Origin: Macrostomum hystrix
Lineage: Eukaryota > Animalia > Platyhelminthes
Reading direction: 5' to 3'
Assembly: GCA_950097015.1 (NCBI GenBank)
Contig: CATNEN010000008.1
Location: forward strand, 1,984,001 to 2,048,000
DNA length: 64,000 nt
Position numbers and translations under genes: made by a program. A model generated the notes under the pieces. That model was given only the letters and a program-made list of their open reading frames with translations, did not search any database and was not told the origin of the DNA. Below, piece by piece: positions 1 through 9,208 of this stretch. Every line of letters begins with the position of its first letter. The stretch's first letter is position 1.

Positions 1-2480
1 AATAAACAGCCTTCACTTCAGCTCGGTACCAGCCGCCTTCGAACAATCCGATGCAAAACTGTCCGACCATCGGCTCGATCAGCAAGTCGGCTGATGTAGC
101 CACAGCATCAATTTGACTTTGCAAGCTATTGAGCGCATCTAGGTCACTGCACGACTGGATCCACAAGTGTAGCCTAGAGTTGTCATCAGCCATAGGCAGT
201 GCAATGCTCACAACTCCCGATATGGTATTGCCGGGTTTACACTTCTGAATCGTTGGAATCTTTGATTTGTTGGCTTCTGATTCATCAATGGTTTCAACTA
301 GCGTAGCTGTGGAGTCTACAATGCTTACGGCGGAAGTCGTTATTGATTCTAAAACACTCATTTCGGCCGAAACAGTTGGCAAATCACAAGGCGTAGAAAA
401 CTCAATGATGAAGTCAATCTCTCCGAGTTCGACAAGCTTGTCACAGGCCTCTGCAGAAAAGCAACAACCGTCTGGCGAAACGATGATGCACTCAAAAGCA
501 AAGGCGTCGCGATACAGATCGGCACATTGCGGAAGTGCTTTCAGTTGCAACTCGTCTAGAGTGCCTTCCTCCTCATTGCCGTAGTCGATAAACAGCACTC
601 GCACAGAATCAGAATAAACAGCCTTCACTTCAGCTCGGTACCAGCCGCCTTCGAACAATCCGATGCAAAACTGTCCGACCATCGGCTCGATCAGCAAGTC
701 GGCTGATGTAGCCACAGCATCAATTTGACTTTGCAAGCCATTGAGGGCATCTAGGTCACTGCACGACTGGATCCACAAGTGTAGCCTAGAGTTGTCATCA
801 GCCATAGGCAGTGCAATGCTCACAACTCCCGATACGGTATTGCCGGGTTTACACTTCTGAATCGTTGGAATCTTTGATTTGTTGGCTTCTGATTCATCAA
901 TGGTTTCAACTAGCGTAGCTGTGGAGTCTACAATGCTTACGGCGGAAGTCGTTATTGATTCTAAAACACTCATTTCGGCCGAAACAGTTGGCAAATCACA
1001 AGGCGTAGAAAACTCAATGATGAAGTCAATCTCTCCGAGTTCGACAAGCTTGTCACAGGCCTCTGCAGAAAAGCAACAACCGTCTGGCGAAACGATGATG
1101 CACTCAAAAGCAAAGGCGTCGCGATACAGATCGGCACATTGCGGAAGTGCTTTCAGTTGCAACTCGTCTAGAGTGCCTTCCTCCTCATTGCCGTAGTCGA
1201 TAAACAGCACTCGCACAGAATCAGAATAAACAGCCTTCACTTCAGCTCGGTACCAGCCGCCTTCGAACAATCCGATGCAAAACTGTCCGACCATCGGCTC
1301 GATCAGCAAGTCGGCTGATGTAGCCACAGCATCAATTTGACTTTGCAAGCTATTGAGCGCATCTAGGTCACTGCACGACTGGATCCACAAGTGTAGCCTA
1401 GAGTTGTCATCAGCCATAGGCAGTGCAATGCTCACAACTCCCGATATGGTATTGCCGGGTTTACACTTCTGAATCGTTGGAATCTTTGATTTGTTGGCTT
1501 CTGATTCATCAATGGTTTCAACTAGCGTAGCTGTGGAGTCTACAATGCTTACGGCGGAAGTCGTTATTGATTCTAAAACACTCATTTCGGCCGAAACAGT
1601 TGGCAAATCACAAGGCGTAGAAAACTCAATGATGAAGTCAATCTCTCCGAGTTCGACAAGCTTGTCACAGGCCTCTGCAGAAAAGCAACAACCGTCTGGC
1701 GAAACGATGATGCACTCAAAAGCAAAGGCGTCGCGATACAGATCGGCACATTGCGGAAGTGCTTTCAGTTGCAACTCGTCTAGAGTGCCTTCCTCCTCAT
1801 TGCCGTAGTCGATAAACAGCACTCGCACAGAATCAGAATAAACAGCCTTCACTTCAGCTCGGTACCAGCCGCCTTCGAACAATCCGATGCAAAACTGTCC
1901 GACCATCGGCTCGATCAGCAAGTCGGCTGATGTAGCCACAGCATCAATTTGACTTTGCAAGCTATTGAGCGCATCTAGGTCACTGCACGACTGGATCCAC
2001 AAGTGTAGCCTAGAGTTGTCATCAGCCATAGGCAGTGCAATGCTCACAACTCCCGATATGGTATTGCCGGGTTTACACTTCTGAATCGTTGGAATCTTTG
2101 ATTTGTTGGCTTCTGATTCATCAATGGTTTCAACTAGCGTAGCTGTGGAGTCTACAATGCTTACGGCGGAAGTCGTTATTGATTCTAAAACACTCATTTC
2201 GGCCGAAACAGTTGGCAAATCACAAGGCGTAGAAAACTCAATGATGAAGTCAATCTCTCCGAGTTCGACAAGCTTGTCACAGGCCTCTGCAGAAAAGCAA
2301 CAACCGTCTGGCGAAACGATGATGCACTCAAAAGCAAAGGCGTCGCGATACAGATCGGCACATTGCGGAAGTGCTTTCAGTTGCAACTCGTCTAGAGTGC
2401 CTTCCTCCTCATTGCCGTAGTCGATAAACAGCACTCGCACAGAATCAGAATAAACAGCCTTCACTTCAGCTCGGTACCAG
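1..2480 (-). repeat. 612-bp coding tandem repeat (204 aa = one extended Tudor domain plus linker), >=4.05 copies
   Basis: aataaacagccttcacttcagc starts at 1, 613, 1225, 1837 and 2449. Identity ends after 2480. Copies read identical except for 3 substitutions in copy 613-1224 (positions 739, 746, 835). Confidence 0.98.
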
Positions 2481-5221
2481 TTACCTTCAAAAAAACCTAG
2501 GCATAGCTCACCAATTTTAGGTTTATTAATTTTTATGGCACTGGTGGCAACAATTTCAAGCTTGTTTAGTAGTTCATTTAAGCAAGTTAGTTCGCTGCTC
2601 AGTTGAATCCAGAGATGCAACTGTTTTGAATTACCGCTGTTGGGTTTGGCGATGCTTGTAACTGCTCGGAACCAACCGCTAAGCTTCGCTTGACTAACTC
2701 TTGCTTTGCAATGCGGATGCGTTTCGGTGGGTAAGTGATTGGCATCCATATTTAAACTCATTGTAAATTCGGATTCTGCAGAAACTGGATTGCTAAGACT
2801 TGCTATAGTTGGCAGATCTGACAGAATATCTTGCTCGTTAATCTCTAATCTTACACCAATTGGATTAGATTCTGCTTCGATGACGGTTACACAAAGCGGC
2901 ATGTTGATGAGCTTTCTGAAGCTTGTAATCGCTTCTTCTCTATAATTACGCAGATCGCAACCCACCAGTCTACAGTGAAGTGCGAATGCACAACAGGTAA
3001 GAGCCTCTTGCGAAATTTGTAGAAGAAAGCCTGGCGGAACAAGTGCAATGTTACCATAATCGACAAACTTCACCACAAACTGCGCATTTTCAAGATTTGC
3101 TATGAGAGCAGCACGGTACCATTTGGAGTCCTCCGTGTACATAGCAATGCATGGCTGACCAGCATACAAATCTCCGTTAAGCTTTTCCGCTTTCTTAGCA
3201 ACTTCTTGGACGTCTGCCATGGTCTTACGAAGGAGCTGCGAATCCTCGTCAAGTAGGAGATAAAACGAACAAAGATTCTCAATATGTGTGATGCTTGCGG
3301 TGAATGATTGGCTAGGTGGGGACTTTGCTACGTAGGCTATTTTTAGTGGTGTAAGACGTGTGTCGTTAGAACAAAATGATCCAGACAAGCCACTAGTCGA
3401 ATTGGTAGGCTCAACGAAGTTTTCGACACCGTTCGTTTCAATTGTGAGGTACTCTGAACTTTCAGTGAATAAAACGCTGGCGGAAATGAAATGGCTGGAA
3501 ACCGAATTAATTCTTAGACTACAGCGTGCTCCTGTCAGATTTGATTTGACTGTGTTCTGGAAAGGCCCGAAGTCGTCGATGACAATTTTAATACAGCACA
3601 CTGGAATCCGGCAGATTTTCTGAGAGGCGGTAAACACGTTACTTAGGTGAATATTTTCGACAGTTCCATAGTCGACTGCGAAAATCTGACAGATGTTTGT
3701 ACTAAAGTTAAAACAACATAGTTCACCCCGATAAAGACAGTCGTTATTATTCTGGCGGAAAACAACGGGCGTACTAGCAATGGCCGTTGATGTCGATATC
3801 GGCAAAAAATCGAGTCGTGAAATGCCGCTCATCATAGAAGAAATCGCATCAAGCACAGGCTTGTCTTTCTCCAGTTGAAAATAAGCTGCACCGGGCATTT
3901 CTGTAGCGCAGCAAAGTGCAGAATAAGAGCATCCGGCTTTCAGGCTAGTGAAGTTGTAAGCAGCAAAAGGAGATGATAGCTCTAATCTGTCTATTTGATT
4001 GCATTCGTTGACAGTTGCGGCGGAATGGCCGTTTGCATTCGCAAAAGAATCTGGAGAATTTGGAGCACTTAAAACTGACAGCGGAATTTCGCGTCTCTCG
4101 AGCCACTCTGAAAGACGCATTCGACTGTTGCATAACGTTATCTCGGCAGTGACAAAGCCTGAAGAATCAGAACTCTGGATTGGTGTCACAGACACATTGG
4201 AGGATCCAAGGAAGTCCTTGATTGCAAGTAGCTGATCCTCAGACAATCTATCCTTGATTCGTTGGTCAATCAAAAAGGCAGTAGCTATAGGAGGATACTG
4301 CAAACAGCTAGGAATGGAAAAGCAGTCACTAACGTCGATAATCGCATTAAAGCCATAGTCAATAAAGAGGACTTTGAGCTGCTGGTTGATCTTACACAGA
4401 AGATTCGCTCGAAAAAACTTGCCGCCCGACACGACACCAAAAAAAGTTGGTAGGCTTTCTAAATCATGAGAAAATCGAGAATTGGAAAGTACTTCCAGCT
4501 GGTGTTGCAGCTGATCGAGTCTCTTTGCATCAGAAATTTTTTGAACATAGACAAATCCTTCCTGCGAAACGTGGCTAACGATCCCAAGGAAAACTTTTGC
4601 AGAGCAATTTACATCAATCTGATTCTGAGGCTCTAAATTTAGCGTCTTTGTTGCGATTCCAAACTTGATGTTGATTGACCTGCAGGTTATTCGATTATAA
4701 AGTTCAACTGGAATACGATTTAATTCGCTACAATCTGATTCCTCAGGGACAAATACTGCTTGAAAAGTTTCGCCGGAGTCAGAACTGATGTCAGTCCATA
4801 AGAGCTTGATCTGCTCTGGCTTCCAGCCTTCCTCGGGTTCCTCAATCAATCGTAACTTGCAATGCACTGCTTGATTACATAAAGACTTCAGCTCATCTGG
4901 CAGCACAAACAATGATTGCATTGGGGAAACGACGATTTCACCCAAGTCGACGAGCAAGATCTCGACATTAGGAAGTGCAATACTTATTACCTCTCCACGG
5001 TGAACTTCTTTCAAAAGGACAACAGCAACTAATTGGGCAACATTAACCACAGAATGCAGTTTAAGTAGACCATTCTTGTGATAATCAGTCAGCTGAGCCC
5101 TTAAATTTTGCAACTTCTGTCCTCCATCATCATTGAACTGAAGCCAGAAGTCAGTGGGGCTTATATAGTGTGAACAACGCACAGCTATTTCTGTTGCAGG
5201 ATCTATTTCAATTGGTCGCAT
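1..5221 (-). CDS. Multi-Tudor-domain protein (Tudor/TDRD6/TDRD15-like germ-granule scaffold), one giant exon, 3'-partial (continues beyond base 1)
   Basis: Hand translation of the minus strand gives an open frame from ATG at 5221 to base 2 (1740 codons, no stop), just inside an acceptor ttccctttcag| at 5227/5226. Tudor D-x-G motifs are all in one frame: LVDLG (~4945), FIDYG (~4357), AVDYG (~3670), WYRA..FVDYGN (~3058), then WYRAEVKAVYSDSVRVLFIDYGN at ~2420, 1808, 1196, 584, plus a ninth domain cut at the window edge. The ORF track omits it because no stop lies in the window. An upstream exon cannot be excluded. Confidence 0.92.
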   Translation of the reverse strand, partial: MRPIEIDPATEIAVRCSHYISPTDFWLQFNDDGGQKLQNLRAQLTDYHKNGLLKLHSVVNVAQLVAVVLLKEVHRGEVISIALPNVEILLVDLGEIVVSPMQSLFVLPDELKSLCNQAVHCKLRLIEEPEEGWKPEQIKLLWTDISSDSGETFQAVFVPEESDCSELNRIPVELYNRITCRSINIKFGIATKTLNLEPQNQIDVNCSAKVFLGIVSHVSQEGFVYVQKISDAKRLDQLQHQLEVLSNSRFSHDLESLPTFFGVVSGGKFFRANLLCKINQQLKVLFIDYGFNAIIDVSDCFSIPSCLQYPPIATAFLIDQRIKDRLSEDQLLAIKDFLGSSNVSVTPIQSSDSSGFVTAEITLCNSRMRLSEWLERREIPLSVLSAPNSPDSFANANGHSAATVNECNQIDRLELSSPFAAYNFTSLKAGCSYSALCCATEMPGAAYFQLEKDKPVLDAISSMMSGISRLDFLPISTSTAIASTPVVFRQNNNDCLYRGELCCFNFSTNICQIFAVDYGTVENIHLSNVFTASQKICRIPVCCIKIVIDDFGPFQNTVKSNLTGARCSLRINSVSSHFISASVLFTESSEYLTIETNGVENFVEPTNSTSGLSGSFCSNDTRLTPLKIAYVAKSPPSQSFTASITHIENLCSFYLLLDEDSQLLRKTMADVQEVAKKAEKLNGDLYAGQPCIAMYTEDSKWYRAALIANLENAQFVVKFVDYGNIALVPPGFLLQISQEALTCCAFALHCRLVGCDLRNYREEAITSFRKLINMPLCVTVIEAESNPIGVRLEINEQDILSDLPTIASLSNPVSAESEFTMSLNMDANHLPTETHPHCKARVSQAKLSGWFRAVTSIAKPNSGNSKQLHLWIQLSSELTCLNELLNKLEIVATSAIKINKPKIGELCLGFFEGNWYRAEVKAVYSDSVRVLFIDYGNEEEGTLDELQLKALPQCADLYRDAFAFECIIVSPDGCCFSAEACDKLVELGEIDFIIEFSTPCDLPTVSAEMSVLESITTSAVSIVDSTATLVETIDESEANKSKIPTIQKCKPGNTISGVVSIALPMADDNSRLHLWIQSCSDLDALNSLQSQIDAVATSADLLIEPMVGQFCIGLFEGGWYRAEVKAVYSDSVRVLFIDYGNEEEGTLDELQLKALPQCADLYRDAFAFECIIVSPDGCCFSAEACDKLVELGEIDFIIEFSTPCDLPTVSAEMSVLESITTSAVSIVDSTATLVETIDESEANKSKIPTIQKCKPGNTISGVVSIALPMADDNSRLHLWIQSCSDLDALNSLQSQIDAVATSADLLIEPMVGQFCIGLFEGGWYRAEVKAVYSDSVRVLFIDYGNEEEGTLDELQLKALPQCADLYRDAFAFECIIVSPDGCCFSAEACDKLVELGEIDFIIEFSTPCDLPTVSAEMSVLESITTSAVSIVDSTATLVETIDESEANKSKIPTIQKCKPGNTVSGVVSIALPMADDNSRLHLWIQSCSDLDALNGLQSQIDAVATSADLLIEPMVGQFCIGLFEGGWYRAEVKAVYSDSVRVLFIDYGNEEEGTLDELQLKALPQCADLYRDAFAFECIIVSPDGCCFSAEACDKLVELGEIDFIIEFSTPCDLPTVSAEMSVLESITTSAVSIVDSTATLVETIDESEANKSKIPTIQKCKPGNTISGVVSIALPMADDNSRLHLWIQSCSDLDALNSLQSQIDAVATSADLLIEPMVGQFCIGLFEGGWYRAEVKAVY

Positions 5222-6739
5222 GTGATCTGAAAGGGAATCAATAAAAACCTAATTAAATACATAAAGCTTTATTGTGCCATATATGAATATCTAAAATATA
5301 GCTCATTTTTATGATAAATTAGCATAAGGTTTGTTCTCAACAAAGGAAAAGTTGCATGTGAACAATTATTAACAATATTTGACATCAAACTCCAGGATTG
5401 CAAAGTTGTGGAAAGCTTCCTTAAAAATGATAATTCAAGAATTAATAAAAAGTAATTAAAGCAAAAGCTAGCTCCTGTGTGTACATTAATGATTTTAAGA
5501 GTGCCTGGCAACATTTTAATAATATAGCAAATCAATTAAGGCACATAGAAGCATAAAAGTTAGTAAATATAGTCTTAATAATTGACTTTCTCTTTAATTT
5601 TGCATCATTGCAATCCAAATACTCCCATGTGTAAAATAAACTAAAAATAATTTTTGACTTAATTAAATCATTTCACACCTACAGAATATGTTTATTTATT
5701 TTTTCTTTAAAAATTTCATCACTAAATATCAGAACCTGATATTGCATGCACAAGCAGATAAAAACATATTTAAGAACAAGTCTTTCCATTTGGTGTTAGG
5801 AGAAACAGTAGATATATAATATAAAAACAATTTTTATATTGATATTAAGCTTACTATATTTGGTACAAGGATTTATAACTGAAGGATTTTTTACAGTATG
5901 TTTCAGAGGCTTTGCTTTACCTAATATTCCTCCCTTTAGCTAACATTCTAAGAATATAGGTATTTGGAATAGAAACCAAAACTTTAAGTCAACAAAACAA
6001 GACACTAATTTGTAAGATCAGGGCTAAGCAAGCTCCTTTAACTACAAATATATATATAGTTGGTCCTATATCTACTATGTATCTAAATGGTACTCACTAT
6101 GAAATTTACTAGACTTATTAATGAAAAAGGGGAAATGACCTTAATATTAGAAGTGAAAATGAAAATAGTTTTATGCTTATAATATGAAGTCATAGACAGG
6201 AAATATTGACTTAAATATTTACAAAATATTACTATCACACCAAAAGCATTATAAAAACTAACAATTCTAGAGTGTTATGATAAATTAAAATTACATAAAT
6301 ATTAGGTTTATATAAAAAATGCTTGAGATATATATGATGTGTTATAACTACATTAGTCATTATTAGGCTAAGTTACAAACATGTTTAAGAAGGTAAACAC
6401 AATTCTGAAATGTTTATGAACAAAAGGTTGAATGATTTAAGCAAAAAATATAGTAGGGTTTAAACTGTATGGTCCAATAATTTACATATTCAGGGGCAGA
6501 AATAGTAGATAGAGATCAAGGTTTTAGTAGCTATGGAGTATATATGGTATAAGTGCTTGCACTATGTGTTGTACCTAGTAGAATATTGAGACTAGGTCAA
6601 TGCATTTTAATATACATTGATTCCAGTATACTTAGTTCCAATTCTAAAGTCTGACTGGCACTGATTGATCATTTTTAAGTGGTCAACTTGTTTGCAGTCA
6701 CTACACTGTTTACAAACCATTAGAGGCTTCATAATGTTC

Positions 6740-7045
6740 ATAAACAAGGGCTTGTTATAAACCTTGGTAGACACAGCCCTGGTGCTAAGGACAAGATCAA
6801 TGTTGACATCAAGAAAAGGGAGCTGCTTGTCAATCACTTCAACAGTGAATTGGATGTTTTGATGGGTGGCATTGAGAAATTCTTTGAGAAAACATTTTTA
6901 TGTTTGAACAGAACATCAAAGCTGGCAAAATTTTTGTTCAAAAAGTGTTTGTTGAAGCATAGGGCACTTTCTAATTGCATCCTTTGTTTCTCCCAATGGA
7001 CCATGTCTTTTGTTGTGACAGCGAACAAATTGACCACATAAAAAT
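6740..7045 (-). mobile_element. Degenerate Penelope-like element reverse transcriptase fragment
   Basis: Minus strand reads YVVNLFAV (decayed YVDDIF motif C) and, after a frameshift, FLNATHQNIQFTVEVIDKQLPFLDVNI...STKVYNKP. This matches the PLE RT C-terminal signature LNxxHxxIxFTxE...LPFLDV...TxVYxKP. Confidence 0.75.
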
Positions 7046-7809
7046 TATCAATTAGTGTCAGTCAGACTATAGACTAAAAATACGATGTAAATTAAAAAGC
7101 ACAGACCAGTCTCAATAGGCTATTCAACTACAACACAATGGTGCAAGCCACTTGCTCTAGGCCTGACTAAGTGTATAACCTGTCTTCTGGCTCTATAAAC
7201 ATTTCATAAAGGTCTAGCTACCTAGCAAAAGAAGTCTGCCAGCCACGGAGATACAATACGGCGCACTGTAGACTTGTCGTGCATAAATTTATTATAAAAT
7301 GTTACGCACGTGCTGGTCAAATCAATTATATTTGTAAAACATTGACTTCCGTATTACAACAAAGTTCTGACCTTTTGTTTATGAAAAAAATGTTTTAGTT
7401 GGCAGCACAAACTAAGTCACATAAGCTATAAAGATACTTGTAAAATTAACTTAAAGCTAACAATAAATCAGATAAGTATCCGGTCTAAACATTTATACTT
7501 TAATTTTTTTGTCAATATAAGCTTAAGTTTCTTATTAATTAACAAACTTGTCGCCACTATCTGCTTGCAACAATACTTTTTGATGTTGTTTGTGTGCCAC
7601 TGGGTTGGGCCTTTTATCTAGTTCCTAAAGAAAATCAATAAAAATTTTCTGTGTAAACACTGTCATTTTTATATAGTAGCTTTTAAAGTTATATTTTAAC
7701 GAAATTACAATAAACCAGAAAGCTTAATTTTTTAGCTTTGACTATACTTATGGCATATATTTTTAAATTAAATCTATGTTGTGTTTTCGTTATATGAAAT
7801 CACCTAGCA

Positions 7810-8125
7810 GTCTTTTGGGTAAGAACTTTTCCATGATTTTTTTCCAACCAATGAGCTTTTTGCTCACCTCTTGGGTATAGTAATTTCCCACTCTGAGGAG
7901 TGGAATGATTCCAACGAAACTGCATCCTTTAAGTGCCATTCAGATATATCCATATATATCCAAAACATCCAGATATATATCTGTGCTCAGGATAATGCAG
8001 AAGAAGAGGTTCAGATTGAAGTGATTGAACAGGCTAGAGAGAAAACTAATGTCACCAAGTGCCCTAGTGTTTTAAGGACCATAGCTAGGTGAGATGCTAT
8101 TGGGACCATTGGATTTGGAAGTGTT
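7810..8125 (-). mobile_element. Degenerate non-LTR retrotransposon (LINE) RT N-terminal fragment
   Basis: Ordered motifs on the minus strand with frameshifts and stops: KSNGPNSIS (cf. KSPGPDGI), LSSLFNH, GIIPLLRVGNY (cf. IIPIxKxG..NYRPIS), KIMEKFLPKRL (cf. KILEKILxxRL). Confidence 0.55.
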
Positions 8126-8610
8126 AAAATGTAAATGCAGAGAGTAAATCATTTGTAAAGAGCTCAAATTGTGTAGTGGAGACACCCTTCAGTTCTTTTG
8201 CAGCCTTTGATGGTAAGGGAGTCAGGATTGGATAGGTAGAGCAAAAGTTGCAATAGAAGGCAAATGTTCAATCCTTGACGTTCTTTAAGTCGCTGCAAGC
8301 TTTGTGCTGCACTATATTGAAAGCCATGGTACCAGCATAGCTCACATAAATTTGTTTGGCTTTTGCAAACTCTTTAGCACTTGTATTCAGTAGCCTTACA
8401 TAGCTTTGTTGTTAAGAGGTTTGGGTCTAAGACCCGCGGGTCAGCCCTGGGAGGGGCTCTTCCGCTTACATAGCTTTAGGGTTTTATTCTACCTCTGACT
8501 GCTAGCTACACTTATTTCCTAGCAACTTCAACAACATAAGGTTTTCATGAAAATGTACAACATGAAAAATTTTATTTGCATGTATGAGCACATCAACCTG
8601 CAGGCAACCT

Positions 8611-8951
8611 TGGCAGAGTGGTTAATGTGTTTGCCTCTTATACCAAGGTCCCTGAGCTCAATTCTATGGTGAGGCCACATTTATTTAGGGTGGAGCCACA
8701 GAGAGAAGGTTTGGGGGCTTGCGCAACTTATGCCTTTGAGGGCCAACCTCCAAGGCACAGTGAAGTGTAAACTGCCTGATTATGATAAAGTCAGGGCAGA
8801 TGTACACACCTCTGAGTATGTGCCTGCTTATGGTATCTGTGTGCATGTGTGCTCAGGAGTCCCTGGAATGGGCAGAATTGTCTCCAGTGGGCCTAGTGTC
8901 ACCAAATAATGTGACATTACCTGCAGCCCTCCTGCTATTATTTTTATTATT
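8611..8951 (+). mobile_element. SINE family A (tRNA-derived head, (ATT)n tail), slightly 5'-truncated
   Basis: A-box tggcagagtgg, B-box-like gagctcaattct, body shared with copies at 11205, 16013, 38110, 41782 and 45225. Flanking direct repeat aaccttggcag at 8606-8616 and 8952-8962. Confidence 0.85.
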
Positions 8952-9208
8952 AACCTTGGCAGGAAAAATATGAAGTGCAAAGATTTCTTGGGCAAGTGTT
9001 AAAGTCCCACTGTGAAACTAATACCAAAAGAAAATATAGTGAGTTGTTGTTTGAATTCTAAGTTATATATTAGTTCATGGCTCAGTTTTCTTTTTGCTCC
9101 ATGTCTATGCTTTTTTAAAACATATGATGGAGTTGTTTTGTGTTTAAAGTAGTTTAGAATGTAATAAAAATGTATTTGACGTGATGCCTCGCATGTCATA
9201 ATTGACAG

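Noticed and set aside
267-2420. Four identical 105-aa plus-strand ORFs
   Set aside because: They are antisense shadows of the Tudor repeat; the minus frame carries the recognisable domains.
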